64,000 nucleotides of DNA from Actinomycetota bacterium (GTDB lineage: Bacteria > Actinomycetota > Coriobacteriia > Anaerosomatales > Anaerosomataceae), in the NCBI GenBank assembly GCA_036679125.1, contig JAZIGI010000004.1, positions 5,904 to 69,903 on the forward strand, read 5' to 3'. The translations under genes were made by a program, and so were the position numbers. Shown in pieces: positions 56,823 to 64,000 of the stretch. Under the pieces are notes generated by a model. That model saw only the letters and a list, made by a program, of their open reading frames with translations, searched no databases and was not told where the DNA came from. How positions within the stretch are numbered: position 1 is the stretch's first letter; every line of letters begins with the position of its first letter.

Positions 56823-57134
56823 ATGACCGCCAAGGTCACCATCTCACTGCCCGACGAACTCCTGGAACGCCTGGATGCCGAGGCGCGTGAGCTTGGCGTG
56901 GCCCGCAGCGAGCTCGTGCAGGAGTCGCTCACCACCTACCTCGGCAAGACGGCCGAGGAGCGGCAGGCCGAGGCGCGTCGCGCACGCATGGAGTGGGCGC
57001 TCGAGGGGATGCGCACATTCGCGGATCGTCACCCCGTGATCTACGACGACAGACCGACGCTGGAGATTCTGCGTGAGATCCGGGAGACGGACGATTCAGC
57101 GCCTCTCCGTGGCAGGCACGGTGACCCGAGGTGA
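56823..57134 (+). CDS. vapB: RHH antitoxin VapB (module 3)
   Basis: Trimmed to ATG 56823. MTAKVTISLPDELLERLDAEARELGVARSELVQESLTTYLG. Confidence 0.8.
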   Translation: MTAKVTISLPDELLERLDAEARELGVARSELVQESLTTYLGKTAEERQAEARRARMEWALEGMRTFADRHPVIYDDRPTLEILREIRETDDSAPLRGRHGDPR

Positions 57135-57538
57135 ACTTGACCGAGCGAGTGGTGTTGGATGCCTCCGTCGGCGTCAAGTGGTTCCGGCGGGAGCGCGGTT
57201 CGGCTGCGGCTCACCTACTTCAGCAGCGCTCAGCTTCTGGTGAGATCCGGCTGGCGGCCCCCACGCACTTCGTCCACGAGGTGCTGGCGGCAGTGAATCG
57301 TGAGAACGACGCGGATGCCGTCATCGAAGCGTGGCAGATCATCAAAGCATCAGGGATCACGATCGTGCCGCTCACCGACGACGTCGTCATCGAGGCCGCC
57401 CGCCAGTGCGATGTCCTCGGCTGCTCGTTCTGCGACGCGCTCGCCCCCGCGTGTGCGGTGCTGCTGGATGCGACGCTTGCGAGCGCCGACGCACGCGCCC
57501 ATGGGGCGTTCCCCGGCGTGCTCCTGATCGAGGAGTGA
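57131..57538 (+). CDS. vapC: PIN-domain toxin VapC (module 3)
   Basis: GTG start overlaps the vapB stop. VVLDASVGVKWF...FCDALAPACAVLLDATLASADAR. Confidence 0.8.
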   Translation: MNLTERVVLDASVGVKWFRRERGSAAAHLLQQRSASGEIRLAAPTHFVHEVLAAVNRENDADAVIEAWQIIKASGITIVPLTDDVVIEAARQCDVLGCSFCDALAPACAVLLDATLASADARAHGAFPGVLLIEE

Positions 57539-57578
57539 TCGGGAGCCGTCGCGGCCGATGAGGGCGCGCGGCGTGGGG

Positions 57579-57590
57579 TACAATGCACGC
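57579..57590 (+). promoter_or_regulatory. Putative -10 region TACAATGCACGC upstream of purM
   Basis: A 12-mer identical to 46025-46036, 35 nt upstream of ATG 57625. Confidence 0.35.
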
Positions 57591-57624
57591 GTGCGCGCTC
57601 GCGCACACGATCCGAGGGGAGACC

Positions 57625-58680
57625 ATGGCAGCCGACCAGCATCAGGGTCCGGTCGATTACCGTACCGCCGGCGTGGACACGGCCGAGGGCGCACGTGCCG
57701 TCGAGCGCATCCGCTCGCACGTGCGTGCAACGTATCGGCCCGAGGTGATCGGCGACATCGGTGGCTTCGGCGGGCTGTTCTCGGCCAGGGCGCTCAAGGA
57801 CATGGACGATCCGGTGCTCGTTTCGGGCACTGACGGCGTGGGCACCAAGCTCAAGCTGGCCCAGCTGCTCGACGTGCACGACACCGTGGGTATCGACCTC
57901 GTGGCGATGTGCGTGAACGACATCCTCGTGGCCGGCGCCGAGCCACTCTTCTTCCTCGACTACGTGGCGGTGGGCAAGCTCGACTCCGCGCGCATGGAAC
58001 GCATCGTCGCCGGCATCGCGCGCGGCTGCGAACAGGCCGGTTGCGCGCTTGTGGGCGGCGAGATGGCCGAGCACCCCGGCACGATGGATCCGCATGATTA
58101 CGACCTCTCCGGCTTCTGCGTGGGCGCGGTGGATCGGCCGAAGATGATCACAGGTGAGACGATCGCCCCCGGCGACGTCATCCTCGGCCTGGCCTCCAGC
58201 GGCGTCCACTCCAACGGCTTCTCCCTGGTGCGTAAGGTGCTTGTGGAGGGCCGCGAGGCGGAGCTCTCCGTGCCGCGTGTCGACCTCGGCGGTGCCACGC
58301 TCGGCGAACTGCTGCTCACCCCCACGCGCATCTACGTGAAGAGCGTGCTCGCCACCCTGGCCGAGGTGCCGATCAAGGGCATGGCGCACATAACCGGCGG
58401 CGGCATCACGGAGAACCTCGACCGCGCGCTCCCCGACACGTGCGACGCGCGTGTGGTTCGCGGCTCGTGGAAGGTGCCGCAGGTCTTCGGCCTCGTGCAG
58501 GAGGCGGCAGGCATCGACGACGACAGCATGTATCGCACATTCAACATGGGCGTCGGGTTCGCGCTGGTGCTTGACCCCGCGCATGCGCCCGCTGCGGCGG
58601 CGAAGCTCCGTGAACTCGGTGAGACTGTGGCCGAGATCGGCGAGATAGTGGAGGGCACGGGGGCGGTCATCTATGGGTGA
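57625..58680 (+). CDS. purM: Phosphoribosylformylglycinamidine cyclo-ligase (AIR synthase)
   Basis: Trimmed to ATG 57625 (GGGGAG RBS). GGFGGLF...SGTDGVGTKLKLA...DLVAMCVNDI... Confidence 0.93.
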   Translation: MAADQHQGPVDYRTAGVDTAEGARAVERIRSHVRATYRPEVIGDIGGFGGLFSARALKDMDDPVLVSGTDGVGTKLKLAQLLDVHDTVGIDLVAMCVNDILVAGAEPLFFLDYVAVGKLDSARMERIVAGIARGCEQAGCALVGGEMAEHPGTMDPHDYDLSGFCVGAVDRPKMITGETIAPGDVILGLASSGVHSNGFSLVRKVLVEGREAELSVPRVDLGGATLGELLLTPTRIYVKSVLATLAEVPIKGMAHITGGGITENLDRALPDTCDARVVRGSWKVPQVFGLVQEAAGIDDDSMYRTFNMGVGFALVLDPAHAPAAAAKLRELGETVAEIGEIVEGTGAVIYG

Positions 58681-59440
58681 TGTGTATCGCGACCCGCAGC
58701 CGCCGTTCCTGCGGCGCGTGGGTGTGGAGACCGGCGCTGTGTCGGCCGAGGAGCTGCCCGTGGCGCCCATGGTGATCGACGAGGCAATGCGCGCCGAGCT
58801 TGCGCTCGAAGGCATCGAGGTTCCCGCCGAGCCGCAGCCGCTTGCACTCGGCGTGCTCATCTCCGGCAGCGGCACCAATCTGCAAGCGGTGATCGACGCG
58901 ATCGCCGAGGGTCTGCTGGACGCGCGGGTGGCGGTGGTGATCTCCAACAAGGAGGCCGCCTACGGCCTCGAGCGGGCGCGCAAGGCCGGCATCCCGGCCG
59001 TGCACATCGACCCTTCGGCTCGCGACTACCGCGCCTACAACCACGCCATCCGCCAGGCGCTCGAGGATCACGGCGTGGAGCTCGTGGTGATGGCCGGGTA
59101 CATGCGCCTGCTGGGCACCGAGGTGCTGCGGGCGTATCCGGGCGCGGTCATCAACCTGCACCCCGCGCTGCTCCCGGCGTTCCCGGGAGCGTCGGCTATA
59201 CGCGACGCGTTCGAGTACGGCGTGAAGGTCACCGGCGTCACCGTGCACTTCGCCGACGAGGAGTTCGACCGCGGTCCGATCCTGTGTCAGGAGCCGGTGC
59301 GCATCGAGGAGACCGACTCGCTCGAGGCGCTTGAAGCGAAGATCCACGCCGTCGAGCACCGGCTGTTGCCGGAGGCGATCGGCCTTGTCGCCGCCGCTCG
59401 ACTGCGTCTCGAAGGCCGCACGGTTCACATCAGCGAGTAG
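58673..59440 (+). CDS. purN: Phosphoribosylglycinamide formyltransferase with a ~55-aa N-terminal extension
   Basis: The core is LGVLISGSGTNLQA...INLHPALLPAFPG...VTVHFADEEFDRGPI. ATG 58673 overlaps purM by 8 nt. Internal ATGs at 58769 and 58784 are alternative starts. Confidence 0.88.
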   Translation: MGDVYRDPQPPFLRRVGVETGAVSAEELPVAPMVIDEAMRAELALEGIEVPAEPQPLALGVLISGSGTNLQAVIDAIAEGLLDARVAVVISNKEAAYGLERARKAGIPAVHIDPSARDYRAYNHAIRQALEDHGVELVVMAGYMRLLGTEVLRAYPGAVINLHPALLPAFPGASAIRDAFEYGVKVTGVTVHFADEEFDRGPILCQEPVRIEETDSLEALEAKIHAVEHRLLPEAIGLVAAARLRLEGRTVHISE

Positions 59441-59457
59441 TGAGGGAGCATTCCGGC

Positions 59458-61017
59458 ATGGACAACGTGAAGATCAAGCGCGCGCTCGTATCGGTCACCG
59501 ATAAGACCGGCGTGGCCGAGTTCTGCAAAGTGCTGGCCGAGGAGTTCGGCGTGGAGATCGTCTCCACGGGCGGCACGGCGGCGGCCCTCGCCGATGCGGG
59601 CGTCACCGTCCGGCCTATCGACGACCTCACCGGGTTTCCCGAGATGATGGATGGCCGGGTGAAGACGCTCCACCCCAAGGTCCACGGTGGGCTGCTCGCC
59701 CGGCGCGATTCGGCGGAGCACATGGCGCAGGCCGAGGCGCATGGCATCGGCATGATCGACATGGTCGTGGTGAACCTCTACGCCTTCGAGGCCACGGTCG
59801 CCCGCGAGGGCGTCACCCTCGAGGAAGCGGTGGAGAACATCGACATCGGCGGGCCGAGCATGCTGCGCTCGGCAGCCAAGAACTTCGACTCGGTCACCGT
59901 GGTCACGAGCCCGGTCGACTACAGCGCGGTGATCGACGAGATGCGCGCATCCGGCGGCCTCGTGTCGTACCCCACGCGGAAGCGTCTCGCAGCCGACGTC
60001 TTCCGGATCACGAGCTCGTACGACACGGCGATCTGGGACTACCTGGCGGGACCGAGCAAGGAGCTCTTCCCGGATGAGGTGCGCTTCCGTCTTGAGCGGG
60101 TGCAGAGCCTGCGCTACGGAGAGAACCCCCATCAGGACGCCGCGTTCTACCGCTTCAATGACAGCAAGGAACACACGCTGGCACGATCCACGCAGATCCA
60201 GGGCAAGGAGCTCTCGTACAACAACATCCTCGATACCGATGCCTGCTGGACCGCGGTGCGCGAGTTCGAGCGGCCATGCTGTGTGATCGTGAAGCACATG
60301 AACCCATGTGGGATCGCGATCGGCGAGAACCTCGTTGACGCGTACGTTCGCGCGCACGCGTGCGACCCGGTCTCGGCGTACGGTGGTGTGATGGCGTTCA
60401 ACCGCACGGTCACGGCCGACCTGGTGCGCGCCATCTACGAGAACAAGCAGTTCGTGGAGGTCATCATCGCTCCCGATTACGATCGCGAGGCGCTCGCCCT
60501 GCTCGACGAGAAGCGGAATCTCCGGGTCCTGCGCACCGGCGGCATCCGTACCGTGGCGGGGCACTACGAGTCGCGCGCTGTCGAGGGCGGGATGCTCATC
60601 CAGCTCTCCGATGGTGTGACCGAGGACCCGTCGCGCTTCCGGGTGGCCACCATCGCGAAGCCGACCGACGAGGAGATGGAGCAGCTGCTCTTCGCCTGGA
60701 AGGTCGTCAAGAGCGTGAAGAGCAACGCCATCGTGCTCGCACGTGACTTCGCCACGATCGGCGTGGGTGCGGGGCAGATGAACCGGGTCAATTCGGCGCG
60801 CATCGCCGTGGACGCCGCCGCGGCCAAGGTGCGCGGCTCCGTGTGCGCCTCGGATGCGTTCATGCCGTTCCCGGACACCCTCGAGGTATGCGCCGACGCC
60901 GGCGTGACCGCGTTCATCCAGCCCGGTGGGTCGATCCGTGACGACGAGGTCATCGCCGCGGCGAACAAGTTCGGCGTGTCGATGGTCTTCACCGGCTACC
61001 GCCACTTCCGGCACTAA
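59458..61017 (+). CDS. purH: Bifunctional AICAR transformylase / IMP cyclohydrolase
   Basis: Trimmed to ATG 59458 (GGGAG RBS). [12 protein letters not shown]...STGGTA...[15 protein letters not shown]...FTGYRHFRH. Confidence 0.93.
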   Translation: MDNVKIKRALVSVTDKTGVAEFCKVLAEEFGVEIVSTGGTAAALADAGVTVRPIDDLTGFPEMMDGRVKTLHPKVHGGLLARRDSAEHMAQAEAHGIGMIDMVVVNLYAFEATVAREGVTLEEAVENIDIGGPSMLRSAAKNFDSVTVVTSPVDYSAVIDEMRASGGLVSYPTRKRLAADVFRITSSYDTAIWDYLAGPSKELFPDEVRFRLERVQSLRYGENPHQDAAFYRFNDSKEHTLARSTQIQGKELSYNNILDTDACWTAVREFERPCCVIVKHMNPCGIAIGENLVDAYVRAHACDPVSAYGGVMAFNRTVTADLVRAIYENKQFVEVIIAPDYDREALALLDEKRNLRVLRTGGIRTVAGHYESRAVEGGMLIQLSDGVTEDPSRFRVATIAKPTDEEMEQLLFAWKVVKSVKSNAIVLARDFATIGVGAGQMNRVNSARIAVDAAAAKVRGSVCASDAFMPFPDTLEVCADAGVTAFIQPGGSIRDDEVIAAANKFGVSMVFTGYRHFRH

Positions 61018-61039
61018 GGGCACCACCTGCAAGAGCCAC

Positions 61040-61066
61040 CGAAGGGCCGCCACGTGCGGCCCTTCG
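61040..61066 (+). terminator. Hairpin terminator after purH
   Basis: CGAAGGGCCGC-cacgt-GCGGCCCTTCG, a perfect 11-bp stem 23 nt after stop 61017. Confidence 0.65.
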
Positions 61067-61148
61067 CGCGTTGCGGGATGTCAGTGGTAAGGAGTAGAGT
61101 GAGAGTAAGGAAGCGAGCAAACGTAAGGAATCTCCACGAAGGTGGACC

Positions 61149-61445
61149 ATGCCCAACGCCAAGATCACATCAAAAGGCCAGGTCACGATACCCGTCGCGG
61201 TGCGCGAAGCGCTTGGCTTGAAGCAGGGCGACATGCTGGCGTTCGAGGTGCAGGCCGAGTACGTGGTGGTCAGGAGAGAGCTCACTGCGGCGGAGGTCGC
61301 TGCCCAACTGGATGCCGAGGGCGGGTGGCGGCTGCCTGAGGGAATGACCGAAGACGACGCGGTCGCCGAGTACTTCGATCACTGGGTCGACGAGAGCGGA
61401 ACCACGCCGTACATCGTGACCGGGCGGCGAGGGCAGTCCGCGTGA
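61149..61445 (+). CDS. AbrB/MazE/SpoVT-family antitoxin (module 4 partner of PIN)
   Basis: AKITSKGQVTIPVAVREALGLKQGDMLAFEV is the swapped-hairpin beta-barrel motif. Confidence 0.8.
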   Translation: MPNAKITSKGQVTIPVAVREALGLKQGDMLAFEVQAEYVVVRRELTAAEVAAQLDAEGGWRLPEGMTEDDAVAEYFDHWVDESGTTPYIVTGRRGQSA

Positions 61446-61819
61446 CGACCTACGCCGACACGAACGTGTTGCTGGCATTCACGCTGCAGGACCGACCTGT
61501 GCAGCGCTCCGAAGTCGAGCGGTGGTCGCGCGACAACGGACGGCTCGTGGTCAGCGAAGCGGTGCTTGCGGAGGTGTGTTGGGTGTTGATTCGGTCGTAC
61601 GGGTACCCCGTTCGTGAGGTGGCGGTGCGAGTGCGGGCCTTACTGGCGAGCTCGACGTTCGATGCGTGGGACGCGGACCTCGCGGAATCAGCTCTGTCGC
61701 TTCTGATAGCGCGTCCCACACTCGGGCTGCCCGACTGCCTACTGGCCGCACGAGCACTTCGTGGCGATGCGGTCTACACCTTTGATCGTCGCCTCGCCAC
61801 CACGATTGACGAACTGTAG
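61442..61819 (+). CDS. vapC: PIN-domain toxin (VapC-like, module 4)
   Basis: GTGA overlap with the antitoxin. YADTNVLLAF...SEAVLAEVCWVL...LPDCLLAARALRGDAVYTFDRR. Confidence 0.8.
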   Translation: MTTYADTNVLLAFTLQDRPVQRSEVERWSRDNGRLVVSEAVLAEVCWVLIRSYGYPVREVAVRVRALLASSTFDAWDADLAESALSLLIARPTLGLPDCLLAARALRGDAVYTFDRRLATTIDEL

Positions 61820-61823
61820 CCGG

Positions 61824-62642
61824 TTATCCCTGCACCACGTGCACAGTGCGCGTGGGGAACGGGAAGTGGATGCCTTCGGCGGCGAACCGCTGATAGAGCG
61901 TCTTGATGAACGCGCTCTTCAGCGGGAACTGCTCGCCAAAGGACGGCACGTACATGATCGCCGCGCAGGTGATCTGCGAATCCCCGAATGCGCGGAAGCG
62001 GAACACCGGCGGGTGTGCCTCGGACACGAAGCCCGTATCGCGCAGGACCTGCTCGGCCACTTCAAGGGTCACCCGCTCCACCTGGTCGAGGTCGGCATCG
62101 TACGAGACCCCGAACTCATTGATCACCGCCACCGCCTCGGCGGGCAGCTTGTAGTTGGTGACGATCGCCTGGCCGAGTACCGCATTCGGCACGATCACGA
62201 GGTTGTCGACCGTGGTGCGCAGCGTGGTGGTCCGCCACGCGATATCGACGACGGTCCCCTCATGGCCGCTCTCGAGCACGAGGTAGTCACCGGGCCGGAT
62301 CTGTTTGGTGGCGATGATCTGCAGCCCCGCGAACAGGTTGCCGAGGGTGTCCTGGAGCGCGAGGGATACCGCCAGACCGCCTACGCCGAGCGCGGTGAGC
62401 ACGGGCGTAATCGAGATGTCGAACACACTGAGGATCGCGAGCGCGCCGATCACGAGGATGGCTGCACGCGCGATGTTCACGAGCACGCTGTTGGCAGGCA
62501 TCGTGCTTCCGGTGACGGCGAGTGAGCGTCGGATGACCTTGCCTGCGGCACGCATCCCCACAATGGTGCTGACCGCGATCGCGATGACCAAGGCGATCTG
62601 CACGAGTGCGTCTGAGGCGAGTGTCAATCCCATGATGGTCAT
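61824..62642 (-). CDS. mscS: Small-conductance mechanosensitive channel (MscS family)
   Basis: LTALGVGGLAVSLALQDTLGNLFAGLQIIATKQIRPGDYL...G.V.DI.WR.T. Confidence 0.88.
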   Translation of the reverse strand: MTIMGLTLASDALVQIALVIAIAVSTIVGMRAAGKVIRRSLAVTGSTMPANSVLVNIARAAILVIGALAILSVFDISITPVLTALGVGGLAVSLALQDTLGNLFAGLQIIATKQIRPGDYLVLESGHEGTVVDIAWRTTTLRTTVDNLVIVPNAVLGQAIVTNYKLPAEAVAVINEFGVSYDADLDQVERVTLEVAEQVLRDTGFVSEAHPPVFRFRAFGDSQITCAAIMYVPSFGEQFPLKSAFIKTLYQRFAAEGIHFPFPTRTVHVVQG

Positions 62643-62793
62643 CGATGTCTCCTGTCGGTGGGTACCACCTGATTATACGGGCTCCATCGCGAGGTTCTGA
62701 CAGGTGGTTGCGGACCCTGATGCACTCCGTGCTAAACTACCCCTTGCGCTTTGGGCCGAAGAGAGTCGACCCGGCACGGAACATGCAGGTCAC

Positions 62794-62869
62794 GGGCCGT
62801 TAGCTCAGTTGGTAGAGCAGGGGACTTTTAATCCCAAGGTCGCAGGTTCGAGACCTGCACGGCCCACCA
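62794..62869 (+). tRNA. tRNA-Lys(UUU): tRNA-Lys (anticodon UUU), CCA encoded
   Basis: Cloverleaf folded by hand: GGGCCGT/ACGGCCC acceptor, GCTC/GAGC D-stem, anticodon loop CTTTTAA, GCAGG-TTCGAGA-CCTGC T-arm, discriminator A plus CCA. One mismatch at 27:43. Confidence 0.93.
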
Positions 62870-62898
62870 GCCATACGACGCACATGCGTTGCACATAG

Positions 62899-62974
62899 GC
62901 CCCCATCGTCTAGCGGCCAAGGACTCCGCCCTTTCAAGGCGGCAACAGGGATTCGAATTCCCTTGGGGGCACCA
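62899..62974 (+). tRNA. tRNA-Glu(UUC): tRNA-Glu (anticodon UUC), CCA encoded
   Basis: GCCCCCA/TGGGGGC acceptor, CCGCC-CTTTCAA-GGCGG anticodon arm, AGGGA-TTCGAAT-TCCCT T-arm, A plus CCA. Confidence 0.93.
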
Positions 62975-62984
62975 CATCTGAGCT

Positions 62985-63004
62985 GCGGCGACTTCGGTCG
63001 CCGC
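62985..63004 (+). terminator. tRNA operon terminator hairpin
   Basis: GCGGCGAC-TTCG-GTCGCCGC, a perfect 8-bp stem with a UUCG tetraloop, followed by TTCCATTT. Confidence 0.6.
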
Positions 63005-64000
63005 TTCCATTTGTCCGTGCCGATCATCTCCTTGAGTGGGTAGATCGTCTCCTGCCGAATGCTGTCGGCGCGCACTGCGGTTCGCTCTCTGCCATACGTT
63101 CCGAGCGTCCGGTAGACGTTGAACATGTTGCGCGAGAGCGGATCGACGCCTTTGGGCTCACTGGCGATCAGGAGCGCCGTGGCCGCGATGATCGCTTCGG
63201 CGCTGGCGTTCCAGAACGCCTCATTGCCGCCATGCCCGCCGAGCTGTGCCGAGACGATCGTCTTGGCGAGCTCGTGCGCCATGTCCTCGGCGTGCGCGAT
63301 CTCAGCCGACCAGATCAAGTCGACGATCAGGTCCAGCGGCGACCACTGGACGGACCGCGAGGGATCACGCAGGTCGATCGTGTCGACTCGGTAGCCCTTG
63401 GCCTTGAGGTGCTCGCAGGTGGTGAGGTAGAGCTCGCCCTTGGGGTCCGGAATCACCATCGACTCGCCGAGTTCGCCGAGCGCGTAGATGCTCGGCAGCA
63501 CGATCCGGCGCGTCTTTCCCGAGCCGGTGGAGCCGATCACGAGCACATGGCCCTCTGAGCCCGAGAGGTAGTAGGTCTCCTTGCGGCCGCGCTCGGCCGG
63601 GGTGGCGCCGATCACGAAGCCCGAGACGCCGGGGTCTGGGGTCGTGCCGGGCGACCAGGTGACTGCCGAGGCCTCGAGCGCCGCGGGGGTCATGAGGTTC
63701 GAGGTGCCATGCTCGCCGCTGCCGGCGGTACGCGGGATACCGGCGACCACGCCGGTGCCGCCGGTTCGCGGATGCATGAGGTGCCCGGAGATCCAGACCC
63801 ACCAGACCACAATCGCGACGATGAGAAGGAGCGAGAGGGCGAGGGTCGCCGGGTTCGTGACGGTGGCCAGCCAGCGGGTCAGGAGGGGGGAGAGCGCCCA
63901 CGAGGTCAGCGGCGCGGTGTCCGCCGCTCGGTCGAGGAGGAGCGGGGCGAGAGCTGAGAGTCCCAGTGGGATGAGAGCGGCGGCCAGCGTGGCCAGGAGG
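63005..64000 (-). pseudogene. Truncated type IV secretion coupling protein (VirD4/TraG/TraD-like) gene; N-terminus off-window, C-terminal half missing
   Basis: The frame is open from 64000: TM-rich LLATLAAALIPLG...VAIVVWWVWISG, then LVIGSTGSGKT (Walker A, ~63511-63534), VIPDPKGELY and NEAFWNASAE. There is no Walker B region. Recognisable sequence ends at ~63010, and the ORF then runs through the terminator and both tRNA genes. Confidence 0.6.

Noticed and set aside
62800-63004. The 3' end of ORF 62800..63810, which reads through tRNA-Glu, tRNA-Lys and the terminator hairpin.
   Set aside because: This sequence is explained by two canonical tRNA cloverleaves and a UUCG hairpin. The translation there (KRRPKSPQLRCGAPKGIRIP...) is not protein-like.

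Overview
This is a 64-kb chromosomal window from a very high-G+C, Gram-positive-type genome. It looks Actinomycetota-like, with GGAGG-type ribosome-binding sites and many GTG starts; that taxonomic call is inference only. Many listed ORFs are Ala/Arg/Gly/Pro-rich shadow frames opposite the real genes, and I discarded them. The backbone contains: a partial P-type ATPase, panD, purB, a roughly 1520-aa secreted beta-helix/cadherin-like/FN3 protein with three CWB2 wall anchors, a CopB-type Cu-ATPase, dus, a PEP/pyruvate-binding protein with a degenerate KaiC-like N-domain, a YedE/TusA-like/DUF3343 sulfur-selenium cluster, sppA, mscS, and tRNA-Lys and tRNA-Glu. It also contains a purC-S-Q-L-F-M-N-H cluster that is repeatedly interrupted by unrelated genes. 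There are five type II toxin-antitoxin modules: one RHH/GNAT, three paralogous RHH/PIN and one AbrB/PIN. Two low-G+C islands stand out. (1) 22.3-28.4 kb is a five-gene minus-strand operon: vsr, dcm, a MORC-like GHKL ATPase, an Mrr-nuclease::DEAH-helicase fusion and an unknown 188-aa protein. This is my best candidate for an uncharacterised restriction/defence system. (2) 31.3-34.8 kb carries an ABC transporter, a large polytopic membrane protein and a small secreted two-Cys protein, which may be a lactococcin-972-like bacteriocin locus. A truncated type IV coupling-protein gene abuts the tRNA-Glu terminator at the right edge. I saw no CRISPR array, rRNA or intact transposase or integrase.
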